In this document: piece by piece, positions 35,484 through 48,229 of the stretch
How the letters are laid out: the number at the start of each line of letters is the position of its first letter
Numbering within the stretch: the first letter of the stretch is position 1
The notes under the pieces: model-generated
The model's input: the letters and a program-made list of their open reading frames with translations, nothing else
Told to the model about the DNA's origin: nothing
Database searches by the model: none
Translations under genes and position numbers: made by a program
Source: Octopus bimaculoides
Taxonomy: Eukaryota
NCBI RefSeq assembly: GCF_001194135.2
Contig: NC_068997.1
Coordinates: 30,545,547 to 30,609,546 of the forward strand
Direction of reading: 5' to 3'
Length of the DNA stretch: 64,000 bases

Positions 35484-35704
35484 GGTGCATAATCATTGCA
35501 GTTTTTTTCAACAAAAACAATAATATTTAAAACATCTTCAATTAATGGTCTGACCATCTGCCAAGCAAATGGGAGGCAGTAATTGAAGTAGACGGTGAAT
35601 ATGCACCAGAAGAATCATTTAAAGATGTTTTTGTTACATGTTGTTATTGTTTTTGCTGAATAAAATTTATTCAAAAAGGCTGCAATAATTATGCATCACC
35701 CCAA
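35477..35704 (+). mobile_element. Mariner internal-deletion derivative (MITE-like)
   Basis: Inverted ends TTGGATTGGTGCATAATCATTGCAG and TTGGGGTGATGCATAATTATTGCAG; TA on the left; internal DHLPSKWEAVIEVDGEY matches the mariner transposase C-terminus. Confidence 0.85.
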
Positions 35705-35764
35705 TGTGTGTGTGTGTATATATATCTATATATATATCTATATATATACTACAACAAAATTTTA

Positions 35765-36070
35765 TATAGAGTTCAAAGCTTTGTGGACAGCTTGTCAGAC
35801 TCTATATGAATACAAAATTTTTAAATATCTACGTCGTGGACATGAGGAAACGCTCAGAACTCAAAGAATACGATAAAACGTTAATGAGTGTGGGTTATTC
35901 CCCTTTATCAGGGGCAAAAAAACTTTAATAGACTCAGAGAGGACTAGCAAGCAGGCCAGGGATGTGACAAGCCGTCTCTCTGGAACTCTGAAGGATGACT
36001 GGTGGTTAAGAAAACGTTTCTTGAACGAAGTACTCGCCAAACCAATATATTTATGAACACAGGATGTGAC
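35765..36070 (-). mobile_element. PLE GIY-YIG endonuclease 3' fragment
   Basis: KYIGLASTSFKKRFLNHQSSFR..TSLA motif. Confidence 0.75.
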
Positions 36071-36179
36071 CCTATTCGCACTCCTGGTAGAATATGACAC
36101 CAGGCTGGCCATCCACGCTTGAATGATGCTTTTTACATGCCACTGTCACGGGAACCAGTCAGGCAGCACTAGCAACTTT

Positions 36180-36300
36180 TCTACTTTTCTACTCTTGGCA
36201 CAAAGCCTGAAATTTTGGGGGTGGGGGCCCTGTCGATTAAATCGACTCCAGAACGCAACTGACACTTAATTTCTCGACCCTGAAAAGATGAAAAGCAAAG
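36180..36300 (-). mobile_element. SINE fragment (family of 27214 and 61004)
   Basis: Reverse complement actttgcttttcatctttcagggtcgagaaattaagtg..aatttcaggctttgtgcc. Confidence 0.7.
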
Positions 36301-36777
36301 TATCTTTTCTGTGTATCAAAACGTTCAGATAGTAATTCAACTATAGGGACAAGGTTATGAGTGTAGAGGAGTTTCTAAGGGCAGCCAATCTTAAATTCTT
36401 TGGTTATGGCCTGGAGAACTATGATAAACAAGAGGGCACCAAAAACTGATCATTGGCAAATTCCTACCTGTACACTAAATTCCATGCTATGCTCATTGCC
36501 AACATTGACCTTACTGACAGCATCCCTGTACGTGACTTCTACAGCACTCACTAACCACTCATCTACCCCTAGCTTCTGTACTGACCATCAGATGTTGGCA
36601 CAAAGGATCCTGTGAAAGCTATGGAAATTATATGGGTCTTTTTTGCGATCCTTTGATGTAATCTAATGTTTAAACACTTCAATTAATATCAGAGTTTTAA
36701 GAATAAATATTATAACGTTATAAATCAATTCTTCATATTTATATAGGGAAAGAAAAAAAGACTGAATAGAAATTTAC

Positions 36778-36923
36778 CTTATTCACTAGGGATTCCTTGT
36801 TTTGTACACAGTTCCATGGTGCAATTCCAATTGTTACAATTTTATTCTTGACATCATCATGTATAGTTTTCCCAATATGTTTTTCAACTCCAGTATGTAA
36901 ACCTGTACTTATGATCCAGGCAC
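36778..36923 (-). CDS. TRPM: TRPM channel exon (MHR1/2-SLOG region)
   Basis: ttttgcag|GT GCC TGG start in phase 1; GAWIISTGLHTGVEKHIGKTIHDDVKNKIVTIGIAPWNCVQNKESLVNK; AAG|gtaaat in phase 0; 146 nt. Phases join both neighbouring exons. Confidence 0.95.
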
Positions 36924-36941
36924 CTGCAAAACAAAAGATCA

Positions 36942-36978
36942 AGGGTTAGGGTTAGGGTTAGGGTTAGAGTTAGGGTTA
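36942..36978 (+). repeat. Interstitial telomere-type repeat, about 6 units of TTAGGG
   Basis: agggttagggttagggttagggttagagttagggtta, one unit variant. Confidence 0.95.
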
Positions 36979-37019
36979 TTCTAAAATGATAGTAGATATT
37001 TGGACAAAGTACCTTCTGG

Positions 37020-38700
37020 CCATCATCATCATCGTTTAACATCTGCTTTCGATGCTGGCATAAGTTGGACAATTTGACTGAGGAAAGGAGGCTGCACCAG
37101 GATCCATTCTGATCTGGCAATGTTTCTATGGTTGGATGTCCTTCCTAATGCCAACCACTCTGAGAGTGTAGTGGGTGCTTTTTACATGCCACCAGCAAGG
37201 GGGCCAGTCAGGTGGCACTGGCATTGACTACACTCAGATTGCTTTTTACGTGCCACCGGCACAGGAGCCAGTCAGGCAGCACTGGCATTGACCACACTCA
37301 AATGGTGTTTTTATGTGCCACCAGCATTGGTGTCAATCAGGTGGCACTGGCATAAGTCACAACTATGATTTCACTTGATTCAACAGGTATTCTGAAGCAC
37401 AGCATATTACCCGACGATTGGAGGGTACTTTGAAAGAGGCCGGTTATGCAACACTGGCATTGACCACGGGTATAATCTCACTTTAACTTGCCAGTTCTTC
37501 TCAATCACTGCATATCTCTAAAAGTCTCGGTCGCTTGTCATTGCCTCAGTTAGACCCAATGTTCGAAGGTCACACTTCACCACCTCAGCTCATGTCTTCC
37601 TGGGTTTACCTCTTCCACAGGTTCCTTCCACTGTTAGGGTGTGACACTCCTTAACACAGTTGATTTTGTCCGTGCACAACACATGACCATACCAGAGCAG
37701 TAGCCACTCTTGCACATCATATCTGATGCTTCTTATGTCCAGCTTTTCTCTCAGGGTGCTTATACTCTGTCATATATGCACACCCACATTACACATTCAG
37801 TGATGCATACTAGCTTCATTTCATTCAAGCCTACACATGTCCTTAGCAGTCACAGCCCATGTTTCACTGTCCTGTAGCATAGCTGTTTGCACACATGCAT
37901 CATACAGTCTACCTTTCACTCTCAGTGAGAGTTCCTTTGTTACCAGCGGAGGTAGGAGCTCACTGAAATTTGCCCAGGCTATTCATATTCTAGCAGCTAC
38001 GCTCTCAGAGCATCCACCCCAGCTACTGACCTGGTTACCTAGGTAACAGAAGCTATCAACTACTTCTACTTTTTCCCTCTGGCATATGATGGAATCTGTT
38101 TTTTGTACATCTTTGGTGTTAATGCCCCTGTGCATCTGCTTCACAGCAAAAACTATTTTCCCAGTTAACCTTCCTTTGATATTTTTGCACTGCTTATGTG
38201 TCCATAGCAGCTTACACTGAGTATATCTTATGGATTTCCTGCCAATGCTTTTTCTACAGATCGAGCAGGGCCATCTACTTGAATGGGTTTGTGATTTGTC
38301 CACCTTCCTACTTGCTAGGACTTTAGGTTTTGCTAGATTGACTCTAAGGACCTTTGATTCTAGACCTTGCTTCTGCAACTGGAACTTCTCTAGTTCTGGT
38401 AGTCTCTCAGCTATTAGAGCAAAGTCATCAGCATAGAGGAGCTCCCAGGGGCAACTTGTCTTGAATTCTGCTGTCATTGCCTGGAGGACTATGATGAATA
38501 AGAGGTGGCTGAGGACTGATCCTTGGTGAATCCCTACTTCTACTTGGAATTCTTCACTATACTTGTTGCCAACCCTCACCTTACTGACAGCCTCCTGTAC
38601 ATGGCTTGAACAGCTCTCACCAACCAGTCATCTATCCCTACTTTCTGCATTCACCACCAGATAGCTGATCGGGAAACCTGTCAAGGACTTTCTCAATGTC
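37020..38700 (-). mobile_element. RTE LINE, degraded 3' part
   Basis: HQGSVLSHLLF, LLYADD, RWPCSICRK..WTHKQC; 3' UTR sub-repeats and (GAT)n tail at about 37020. Confidence 0.9.
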
Positions 38701-38779
38701 AACTGGAGTCCTGGAATCAACCCAGGCTCAAGCGAAGTAATGCTCTGGAATAATACATGAATGTCACACTCTCCATTTC

Positions 38780-38995
38780 CCAGTACCTCAGGTAACCTTT
38801 ACATGGTCATTTGACCTTTAATAAATAGCAGTAATATCTCCTCTTTTTCCCCCTACCATCTTTGAAAAGGGGATAACATTGGATACAGTAGTCTAACAAA
38901 TACTTTCTAAGATGGGATAGGATGGTCACTTCTGGAATGATATTGAAAAGAGATCTGTTCAATTAAGCTTGACCTTGGTTTCAACAACAACAAAC
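38780..38995 (+). mobile_element. SINE 3' body with (CAA)n tail
   Basis: ggtcatttgacc..aaatagcag..gatgggataggatggtc..ctggaatg..gacct..caacaacaac resembles a common cephalopod SINE body (from memory, unverified). Confidence 0.5.
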
Positions 38996-39105
38996 AGTAA
39001 CTAAACTATAAAATCTTTATAACAAGTCAAAATAAATTATTATTACAAAGAAGGGATAAATTCTGTGAAATTACAAATAAAATAAAGAAATTCATTTGCT
39101 TTTGC

Positions 39106-39109
<4 letters not shown>

Positions 39110-39139
<30 letters not shown>

Positions 39140-41830
39140 TATCATCACTAAAAGTCCATTCACCATGCTGGCATGGACTGAATATTTTGACGGAGGCTGG
39201 TAAGGCCAGGAGCTACACCTGGGCCCATTGTCTGTTTTGGCATGGTTTCTATGGCTGGATGCCTTTCCTATAACCAACCACTTTACAAGGTGTACTGTGT
39301 GCTTTTTATGTTACACCAGCAGCGTCTCTCAGTAACTTGCAAGACTAAAAGCCCTTAGCTGGTGTGGGGTAGTATTGATGTAGGGGTGGCTTTGTGCCAG
39401 TTGACGAGATTTAAAAAGTATAGAAGGGCTGAAATATGTGTATTCTTGTAGAGTAGATAAATGGATACCTGAGATAGAAGAGAAAAGAGGCCGAGTTAGT
39501 GAGGAAGATAAAGAGAGAAATAGTGAGAGAGATACTGGTGAAGATGTGTTGGGACATACCCTCAAGGGACATTGGGGTAGTGAGAATAAGGGAGGTGAAA
39601 GGAGAGGAAGGAGAGATATAGTCAGTGAGAAAGATAGAAAACCAGAGTGACAGATAGAGTAAGAAATAGTGCACTGGATATGTATCGGGACCTGTCTTCA
39701 GGGAAGAGGGGGAGTATAAGCAGAAGAAATGGGGATAGAGGGGATGTTCCCTAAGAGTGTGAGGGGAGATGGTGAGAGATGGGGAAGATATGACTGTGGC
39801 AAGCACTGGTGAGAGAATATGGATTGGCTTGGAAGAGGGTATTGTAGATATGTTAGAGAATGGTGGGTGTACAGATAAGCACATGAAGGAGAGCAGAGGG
39901 GTCCGTAGTGAGTGATGTTCATGGGTAGTGAGATTGGGATGTTGTGCTGACCACTAGATGAGAGAGTAGGGGACCCAGTCAAAGGCATTCTCCATTTCAG
40001 CAAAAGCCAAGTACAAAGGTTTATTTTTGGCTAAATACTTTAGCAAGAATAAAGTATCAGTCGTGCTTCTCCCAGACACAAAACCAACCTGAGTTCATCT
40101 GGTCTAACTCTTTCCCTAATGAGTTGAGCTATGACCCTCTCAAGATTTTTGATGACCTGGTTCTGCAATTTGATGCTTCTGTAATTATTTCTGTCTAAGA
40201 TATCACCTTTACTTTTGTAACAGTTGACTATAATGCTGCTACAACAGTCGTTGGGTATGGTTACCTCGTGGACAACTTGATTAACTATATGAGCGATTAA
40301 GCCATATCCCATACTGCCAGATATGTTAAGCATCTCAGTGGTGATTACTGATGGGACAGGGGCTTTCCTTATCCTTTTTTCCTTAATTGCTTTGTCTACC
40401 TCTGTAGAAAAAGCTACTATTGATTTGAATAGCTAGCTCTTCTCTTGGGACCACATTAGGCAGACTCTCTTTTTCCATGTATTCCCTACATTTTGCAGCC
40501 TTTAATAGTGGTTCATCCAAGCCTCTGTCTTTGTAGAATTACTAACTACAAGTGAACCATCATCTCTGTGAATACACTTCTCTCCTACAACAATCACGAT
40601 TTTCTCTGAAACATTGTTTTGCAATCCCAAACATCTTAAGCTGCTGGTCCTCATGCTATTGAACATTGGCAAACTTACTCCTTTCTACTTTTTTCCTAGT
40701 TTCTTTTCTATTTAACTGACAGAATTCTTTGCTTCCACCACTCTTCCAGTCCATCCAGGTCTGTTTTGTCACTCTAATGGTCTTATCTATTAGTTACACT
40801 GTTCTACCACTGTTCCATAGATTTGGTTAAGACTTTGAACCAGCCACAAAATTGCCCTGTGTCTCTCAGGAAGCTGTCCAGTAGAAAATTCCAGTTGTCG
40901 TATGATACATTACTATAACTTCTTCTTATCAAATACTTCAATTAGAATGTCTCAAAGATTCCTTAAGCATCCAAATCCTTTATTTCCAAACTGGTAATTT
41001 TCTTGGAATCCTTCTAACCTGAAGTCTGAAGTCACTAGTGACTAACCTATTTTGAAGGGTACATTTTTTAACCAGGAACCTCTTAGCATTTATGAACAAC
41101 CATGTTGCTTGCTTTTTGGTGATAATAAATTCAATCTGTCTAGTGGGGCCACCACCAGATTGACAAGGTATCAGGCGACTGGCAGTTTTCCTGTAATTGG
41201 TGTTGCCAATCATTAAGTTATTTGCATCACACAACTCCAGTAAACTTGTTTCCTCCACATTACAGGAACCAACTCTATGACCTCATGCATACCATTGAAA
41301 CCACTTGAATGCTGGATGTTGCCTGACATGTCCACAGAAGTCACTAGCTATGTCATTTGTCATTTTAAGTAGTTTGCCAAAGTGTATTTTGTCATTTTAA
41401 GTAGTTTGCCTAAGTGTATTTTGTCATTTTAAGTAGTTTGCCAAAGTGTATCGTAAAATCGATTCATTTTTTTATTTGGTAGACCTGGTTGAGGGGAACA
41501 GGTAGAATTAACTGTTGCTGCACTACTTTGTAAAACTAGTTTAAGCTTAAGTATCCTATCAAACATTCTGATTGCCTCCATGACCTTATCCAATCATTTC
41601 TCAGCTAGAGGTATGCACATACTACCAACCCCATCACTTATGCCTTCCTTGAAGATTTTATACCTATGTTTTTGGGTGTGAGGAATCTGGTTCAAGCTCC
41701 CCTCCACCTTGAATGCAACACACATGAGTTTGCCTCTGTTCAAGCTTCTCAACAGTCTCAATGAACCTACTTTTCAATGTCGCCACATTGACAGTTCCAA
41801 CTCTAAGGAAGTGAAAGGGGATGCAGTGGG
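39110..41830 (-). mobile_element. RTE LINE, heavily degraded (endonuclease and RT pieces, purine/pyrimidine-skewed 3' region)
   Basis: LLELCDANNLMIGNTNYRK, NYRSIKL and GTVNVATLK-like starts; RTE tail with (GAT)n at 39110. Confidence 0.75.
41355..41451. repeat. Three tandem copies of a 32-bp unit
   Basis: ttttgtcattttaagtagtttgccaaagtgta x3, with one substitution. Confidence 0.95.
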
Positions 41831-42349
41831 GAACACGGAAAAGGGAATGGCATTCAACATTTGAAATGTAAGTTTCAATAAGTGTTTACCAGCAGACATA
41901 CCATATTAGTTATTCTCAGACTTAATTGCCCATCATTCATTCGTTTTACATCTGATGCACCTATTGGAAGTGAACTTGTTCTACAAGCATTGTTAATACA
42001 TACATAAATAAGATAAGCTAGTTTCTTTATTAGTTAATTAATTGATAAATACACTGCAGTCATACTTTGGTGCAAATTATACAAGCTACAGCATTTGCAT
42101 CACAGTAATGTGAGTGAGAGACTACTAAGATTGGAGGAAAGAGGGAAGAGGAAGGCAGAAGATATATTGCTGAGTGGTTCTGGTACATATCAGGTGTCTT
42201 GTATAGAAGAGCAGTTTCCAGTGGAGAATGATCGGATTAACTTAGACAGTTTGCATAAAAGGAAAAGAAAACAATACCCCATTTAAAAATAAAAGTATTT
42301 TAAAAGATCAAAAGATGCCCCACTAGCAACAAATCCCGTGCAACAAACT

Positions 42350-42375
42350 GAATAATAATAATAATAATAATAATG

Positions 42376-42409
<34 letters not shown>

Positions 42410-42700
42410 TGATAATAATAATAATAATAATAATAATAATTGAAAAATACGAAGGTTGTGGTCAATGAAGAGAGTAGACATGACACCAATAGTAATTGGA
42501 AGTATCAGCACTCAAGTACCAACATGACTGAAAAAGCTCGGTGCAAGTGTGACAGTAGAACACCTACAAAAACCAGCACTACTTGGAACTGCAAGAATTC
42601 TTCATAAGGTTCTTGAAGCATGAACAGTAAAACAAGAGTCACGTTAGTCTGTTGGCTGTGGACAGCAGTCACTTTATATTATACCCAATAATAATAATAA
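42350..42700 (+). mobile_element. (TAA)n tract plus 3' end of an R4/Dong-like LINE ending in (TAA)n
   Basis: Residual PIVIG..VTVEHLQKPALLGTARILHKVLEA*, then 3' UTR and TAA tail. Confidence 0.75.
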
Positions 42701-43753
42701 TATAAACCTTTGCGCTGAATAACAACATGGATGTGCTACACTGGGCTCTCAATACAAAACAAATCTAATCTAACATCGGTAGAATGAGAAAAAGGAATCT
42801 GTAGGAGACTGGAAGGAAGCGGCCTTTTAATGAAAATAACCACAAAAGGCAAACTTTTCCCACCATGCAAAGCGCAGCATCCTCCATGCACAATGTCGCA
42901 GTGAAACATGAAATGTGTGAAAGACGTGTGAAATCAACATCGGAAAGTTTACAAACTATGAAATATAAGTGGAACAAAACAGTGAGTACATAAATTGTTT
43001 AATTACGTATACATTCGAATGTCTATACAATCATGTATACATATCAATATCCATAGGACTACACACACACTCCAATGTTTACGCAATTGTGTGAAGTTCG
43101 ACACACACACACAGCAAGTGTCACAAATGAAGCAAAACAATAACAGAATAATTTTTTCCAAACTTACACAGGCAGAATGAACAATACCTAAATTTAATAT
43201 ACTACAATGATACTATGCCCAGAGATAAATCTGTCAACAATGGAAAAAAAAAAATAAATAAAGATGAATACTAGTCTATTAGCCAAATGAAATTATGTTA
43301 CAAGAAACGATTTTATTCAAAGAACTCAGAGGCAGTGTTGTCTCAAAAAGTTAATGCTAAACAGACATATCCCTCCCCTAATGTCAGTGTCCAAGCTCTT
43401 CGTGTCTCAATGATAACAAACTAAAATTCACACCGGATCAACCGTCACCCTGGTTAACAAGGGCTGCATAACCTAGTGAGGAACCAGACTAAGGGCGAAA
43501 AATCAGCTATTGGTTCAAATCTTCCCGAAATACAGGAGCTGGAAGTATCCCACAAATAGAACATTCCAACAGATGACCATTCAAGCACATCATCAAATAA
43601 TCAAAAGAAAAGGAAGGAAAACGGTCAAGGGAAGGTAATTAAGAAGTTCTTAAGGCCTTCTATCATGCCGTGTATTTCTCCACAATTAAATCCAATACTG
43701 AACAAGTCTACTTTAACTGGAGAGAGAGGCACCTTGAAGTAAGATCCCACATA

Positions 43754-44989
43754 TTAGGTCACCAGGTATGAAATTTGTAGAAAAGAAAAATAGTTTGCTA
43801 ATATTTTATAAATACAAGAAATAGTTTTATTTATCAAAGTATGCGCCATATTGTCAATACACTTTTTGCCATTTCAGTGGTAGCATGTCCAGCCTGGAAC
43901 TGTAAATGCCTGGCAATCTACAGTCAATAAAATCTTGAAAGGCCTGTTTTACAGCATCGTTGGAATTAAATTTTTTCCCTATCAAAAAGTTATCCAAATT
44001 CTGGAAGAAGTGGTAGTCAGTGGGGGCAAGATCAATTGAGTATAGTGGATGATGGAGATCTTCCAACTCCAACTCCTGTAGTTTCGCCATTGTCATTTTT
44101 GTGATGTGTGGTCTGGCATTGTCTTTCAATAAAATAGGAGTGGATTTTTTGACTAATCTAAGCTGTTTTTTTTGTAAGTTTCTGCATCATTTGGTCCAGT
44201 TGGCTGTAATATACTTCGGCCGTGATTGATAAGCCAGACCACCAAACACACACCATCAGTTTCTTTTGGTGAATTTTGCTTTTTGGACTGTGTTTTAGTG
44301 GCTCATCTTTGTCCAACCATTGTGCTGACTGATTATGGTTGTTGTATTGGATCCATTTCTCCTCACATGTTACAATTCGATTAAAGAATGATTCATTTGA
44401 TGAGAAAGTAGCATAATTCAGGCTTCCAAACGTCACTGTTTCTGATTTTCATTGGGTGCACGTGGAACCCACTTATCCAATTTTTTCGCTTTACCGATTT
44501 GAACTAGGTGAGTCAATATTGTTTGCTTGCTAACACCAAGCAACAATGATAATTCACGAACACTTGGAGTTGGCTTTCAGCTTTCAGTTCATCATTTTCC
44601 ACCTTTGTTTCTTGTCGACTGTGTTGCTCATTTGTGAGGTCAAAGTTACCAGAAGGAAATTTTGCAAACCAATTTGAAACTGTCTGCTGTGTAATAACAT
44701 TAGAATGAAATACTCCATTAATATTCCAAGCTGTCTGTGATGCAGTATTTCCAAGAAGGAACGCGTATTTCAAAACTATGAATATTTCTGACTTACCCAT
44801 CTCTAAACAAAAATAGCAAAAAACGATTTATAAATACTTTATAAAGCGCAAAATGAGTTAGAATAAAGAAATAGATGTGTCAGCTTTCTAACAAAAAATA
44901 GAGATTGTCAAAATATAGTAATGGCGCAAAATGAACAGCTGTTAAAATTTCCATATACATTACTACAAATTTTGTATTTGACGACCTAA
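43754..44989 (-). mobile_element. Mariner (D,D34D-type) transposon, full length, degenerate
   Basis: 27-bp TIRs TTAGGTC..AAATTTGTAG with TA on both sides; WFAKFPSGNFDL, IVTCEEKWIQY, MVCVWW, DNARPH, HPLYSIDLAPTDYHFF. Confidence 0.95.
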
Positions 44990-45648
44990 TAGACAGTAAC
45001 AAGCTGGCCAACCTCAGAAGAAACTTTATAAAAAAATAATTACCAACTGAATTAGAGATTGACCAGAATAAGCAATCAGTAAGGAATAATAAGATAGAAG
45101 ATGCAGCTAAAGAATATAGTGCTGAAGAAATAAATGCAGATCAACCCAGGTCTAATGAAAATTCAGTAATGATAGAAAGAGTTAATTTAACTGATAAGCA
45201 AAGTGAAATACTTTCTGAACTACCCATAAATATTAAGGAAGATGAAAATCAAATAGATGATGAAATGTTAGAAAGGCTGAAAATTAAAGAAACCAGTACA
45301 AATGAACAGGATACTCTCCACAACAATTCGCAACTCTGACCAAAAGCTGTAAGTAATTGGTAAAATCTACCTTGCAATTTCAGTAAATGTTGATATTACA
45401 GATCTCAATCACCTATACTATGCATCCACTAAGATCTCAACGATACTATGTGGTGAAAAATTTAGAAGACAAAAACATTCCTACAAAAAGCCTATTTGGC
45501 AAGAGCGAATCCAGAAACAAATTCAGTTACTTAAGGCTGACATAGAATGTTTAAAAAACTTCAAGTCTGACAAGAATATCAAACCAACAAAGATCCAAAA
45601 ATTAAAGTAAAAGTATAATATAAAATTCATACTAGACATTGATACAAT

Positions 45649-46048
45649 TGTAAAAGGTTGATAGTTGCAATAGAGACATTAGTCTCTCTCTATCACCTTT
45701 CAGCAAAATTATATATTAAGAAACAGTAGAACAATTAGTAACATAATAAAAATAAGTTTTATTTTTGGTGATGCTTGGTTTTACAAATCCTATGTTATTC
45801 AGCCTGGCAGCCGCTGGTTAACTTGTAATCGGCATTGGAAGGTTAAGAGCTTCGTTGATGCATGCCAGAGGAGCAAGTAGCTGTCATGTTTAAGGTATCA
45901 TGCTGAAGAGATCTTAGAAAGTGAAAGAAACGCTTTAAGTACTGGTTTTACTATGCATGCGCACTTGAGGGGCTTCCGGGAAGGCAAGTCCCTTGCGTAT
46001 GCATAGATTGCACTTCCTTAATGGCGGCCATAATTTCGCACCACTACA
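45649..46048 (-). mobile_element. Probable solo LTR (400 bp)
   Basis: TGT...ACA ends and a near-identical 4-bp flank (CAAT/CTAT). The segment is absent from the homologous position of R4/Dong copy B (about 53190). Confidence 0.6.
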
Positions 46049-48229
46049 CTATCATAGAAGCTATCAAGCAAAAGATATCTGCTAAAGCCACCTACATAGC
46101 ACAGTATGAAAAGCACATCAGGTTCTTCAAGGACAACAACATGTTTTAAAATAACCCAAAAAGTTGCTACAGGAAGAAAGGAAAAATATCAGGTTCAGTA
46201 AAGTCTGTCCCATCAAAAGAAGTGCAGCAATTTTGGAATAAAATTTGGGTAGAAGAAAAAGTGCACAATAAAATGGCCCTTTAGATTGATCAAATATCTA
46301 CTGACTCAGCCTCCTTAGAAGTGTAAAAGTGAGAGGGTATCAAGGTAGAGAATGGAAGATCTGCTCTTAGGATATCAAGCAAATGGAAGTCTCCAAGAAA
46401 GAATAAAATTCCTTGCTTCTGGTTGACTGCTTTCTCAGAGTCATGAATTACTGACAAGATTTTACAGCAATGTTTTGCTGCAACCAAATATGATTTTCTC
46501 TTGGCTAGTTAATGGTGTTACATTTCTACTCCTGAAAAATGAAGAAACAAATGAACAAATATCTATAGACACATAACTTGCTTAACAACAATGTATAAAA
46601 TACTAACATCTGCCTTGACTGAATACACTTACAAGATTTTAATAGAAAATGGCATCTTAATGAGTAAAAAGGATGTAAATATGGGTCCTATGGTTGTAGA
46701 GATCAGCTACTCATCAATAAAATGACATTAGAAGAATGTCATAAACAATACAAAAAATATTCAATAACCTTCAATAGGTGGAGTGAGAAATGTTTGGATA
46801 TTTACAGAATAGCACCTACACTGTGAAACTTCTTATCTGTAAGAATGAAATCATGGAAACAACACTGACTTTGAATAGTGAGAATCAATCTCCCAATGCT
46901 GGGAATGTAAGAACTTCATGTGGCATTTTCCAGGGTAGCTCTCTATCACCACTCCACTTTTGTCTAGCCTCAATATCTCTTTTGAAATTGCCCGAAAGTG
47001 TACAATATATCTTTAAAATATTTGATTGAAGTATGAATCATCTCTTTTACATGCATGTTATAAAGCACTTTGGCAAAAATGACCAACAACTTCAACAGCA
47101 TTTACTGGCAATTGTTAAACGGTGCAGTGATGATATCATGATTGAATCTGGCCGAGATAAATGTGCAAATGTTATCTTTATCAGAGAGAAAATTATAGAA
47201 ACGTCCAACATAAACCCTGAACAACAGAATGTTTTAAAGAAGTTAGAACGAGCGGAGAGCTACAAATCCTTATGGGCATTTGAAGGTGACGGAATTAAAT
47301 GTTCACTGATGAAAGAAAAGATCAGAAAAGAATGCTATTACAGGGTAAGGGCAATACTCAGGACAGAGCTGAATGCTAGAAATATGACTGAAATGATAAA
47401 TACCTTAGCTACATCCATCGTGACTTATAGTTTCAATATTATTATCTGGTCAGTTACTGAAATCTGTAATCTTGACAAAAAAATACGAAATTGTTGACAA
47501 TGCATAGAATGCACCACCCTAAGGCAGATATAGAACAAACGTACCTGCCAAAACTTAGAGTGGCCTTGTACTTTTACAATGGGAATTAACAAAGAAAATG
47601 CCACAATTGGCCTAAATATTTACCAGAAAAACTCTGATGACATGATGTTAAAACTTGTCTTAATGCATGAAAACAAGAAAACTTCATATTCAGTAACAAA
47701 GCAGGCAAAGAACTATTTAAGTGAATTCCAGATACAACAAGCACCAGAATTAGATGTACTGGAAACAAGCACAGAAACAGCTAAGAATATGAAAACACTC
47801 ACTGTTTTATATATTTTTACTGAAAAATAGCGAGAAAACTCTCTTAATAGCAAATACCCAAAGAGCTAATAATGCGGTTGTCAACAAAACCCTTACCCAT
47901 CAGGGGATAGTGTTTTCTGCCTTAAAATCAGAGACAGAAGGGTTTATCATAGCATTCTAAGATCACTGCGCACCTACAAGAAGCTACAAGGCCAACATCT
48001 TAAAGAACGGCAGTAGCTCAACATGTCGCATATGTTAATAACAAAATGAAACTGTCGATCACGTTGTTTCCATGTGCCACCTTCTTGCGCCTACAGAGTA
48101 TCTCAGCAGACATGATAAAGCAGCACAATATATTCACTGGGTAATTTGCAAAGATTTGGACCTAGGGAACAAACTATGATCGAAACCAATATATATAACA
48201 GTTACGATGTAGAAAGCCGCAAAATTGAA

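Larger units (their letters stand above)
42700..48170 (+). mobile_element. R4/Dong-like LINE copy A, apparently 5'-complete, degenerate, carrying nested insertions
   Basis: Begins after (TAA)n with gctgaataacaacatggatg; ISCGIFQGSSLSPL, NHLFYM..K..KND, YHRV..IL..ELN, CRIC..ETVDHVVS.C; collinear with copy B. Confidence 0.85.

Noticed and set aside
35765-35806. Hammerhead-like remnant downstream of the GIY-YIG fragment (TATAGAG/CTCTATA stem, CTGACAA core)
   Set aside because: The position fits a PLE terminal repeat, but both core segments are mutated, so it is not supportable as a ribozyme.
39330-40010. Purine-rich region with hydrophobic or low-complexity ORFs on both strands
   Set aside because: Compositional artefact; it is contiguous with an RTE tail and shows no splice or protein-family signal.
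41355-41451. CRISPR-like array
   Set aside because: Three contiguous 32-bp units with no spacers in a eukaryotic LINE remnant; a local tandem duplication.
45895-45945. CTGAAGA..GAAAC inside the solo LTR
   Set aside because: No pairing for stems I-III; probably chance.
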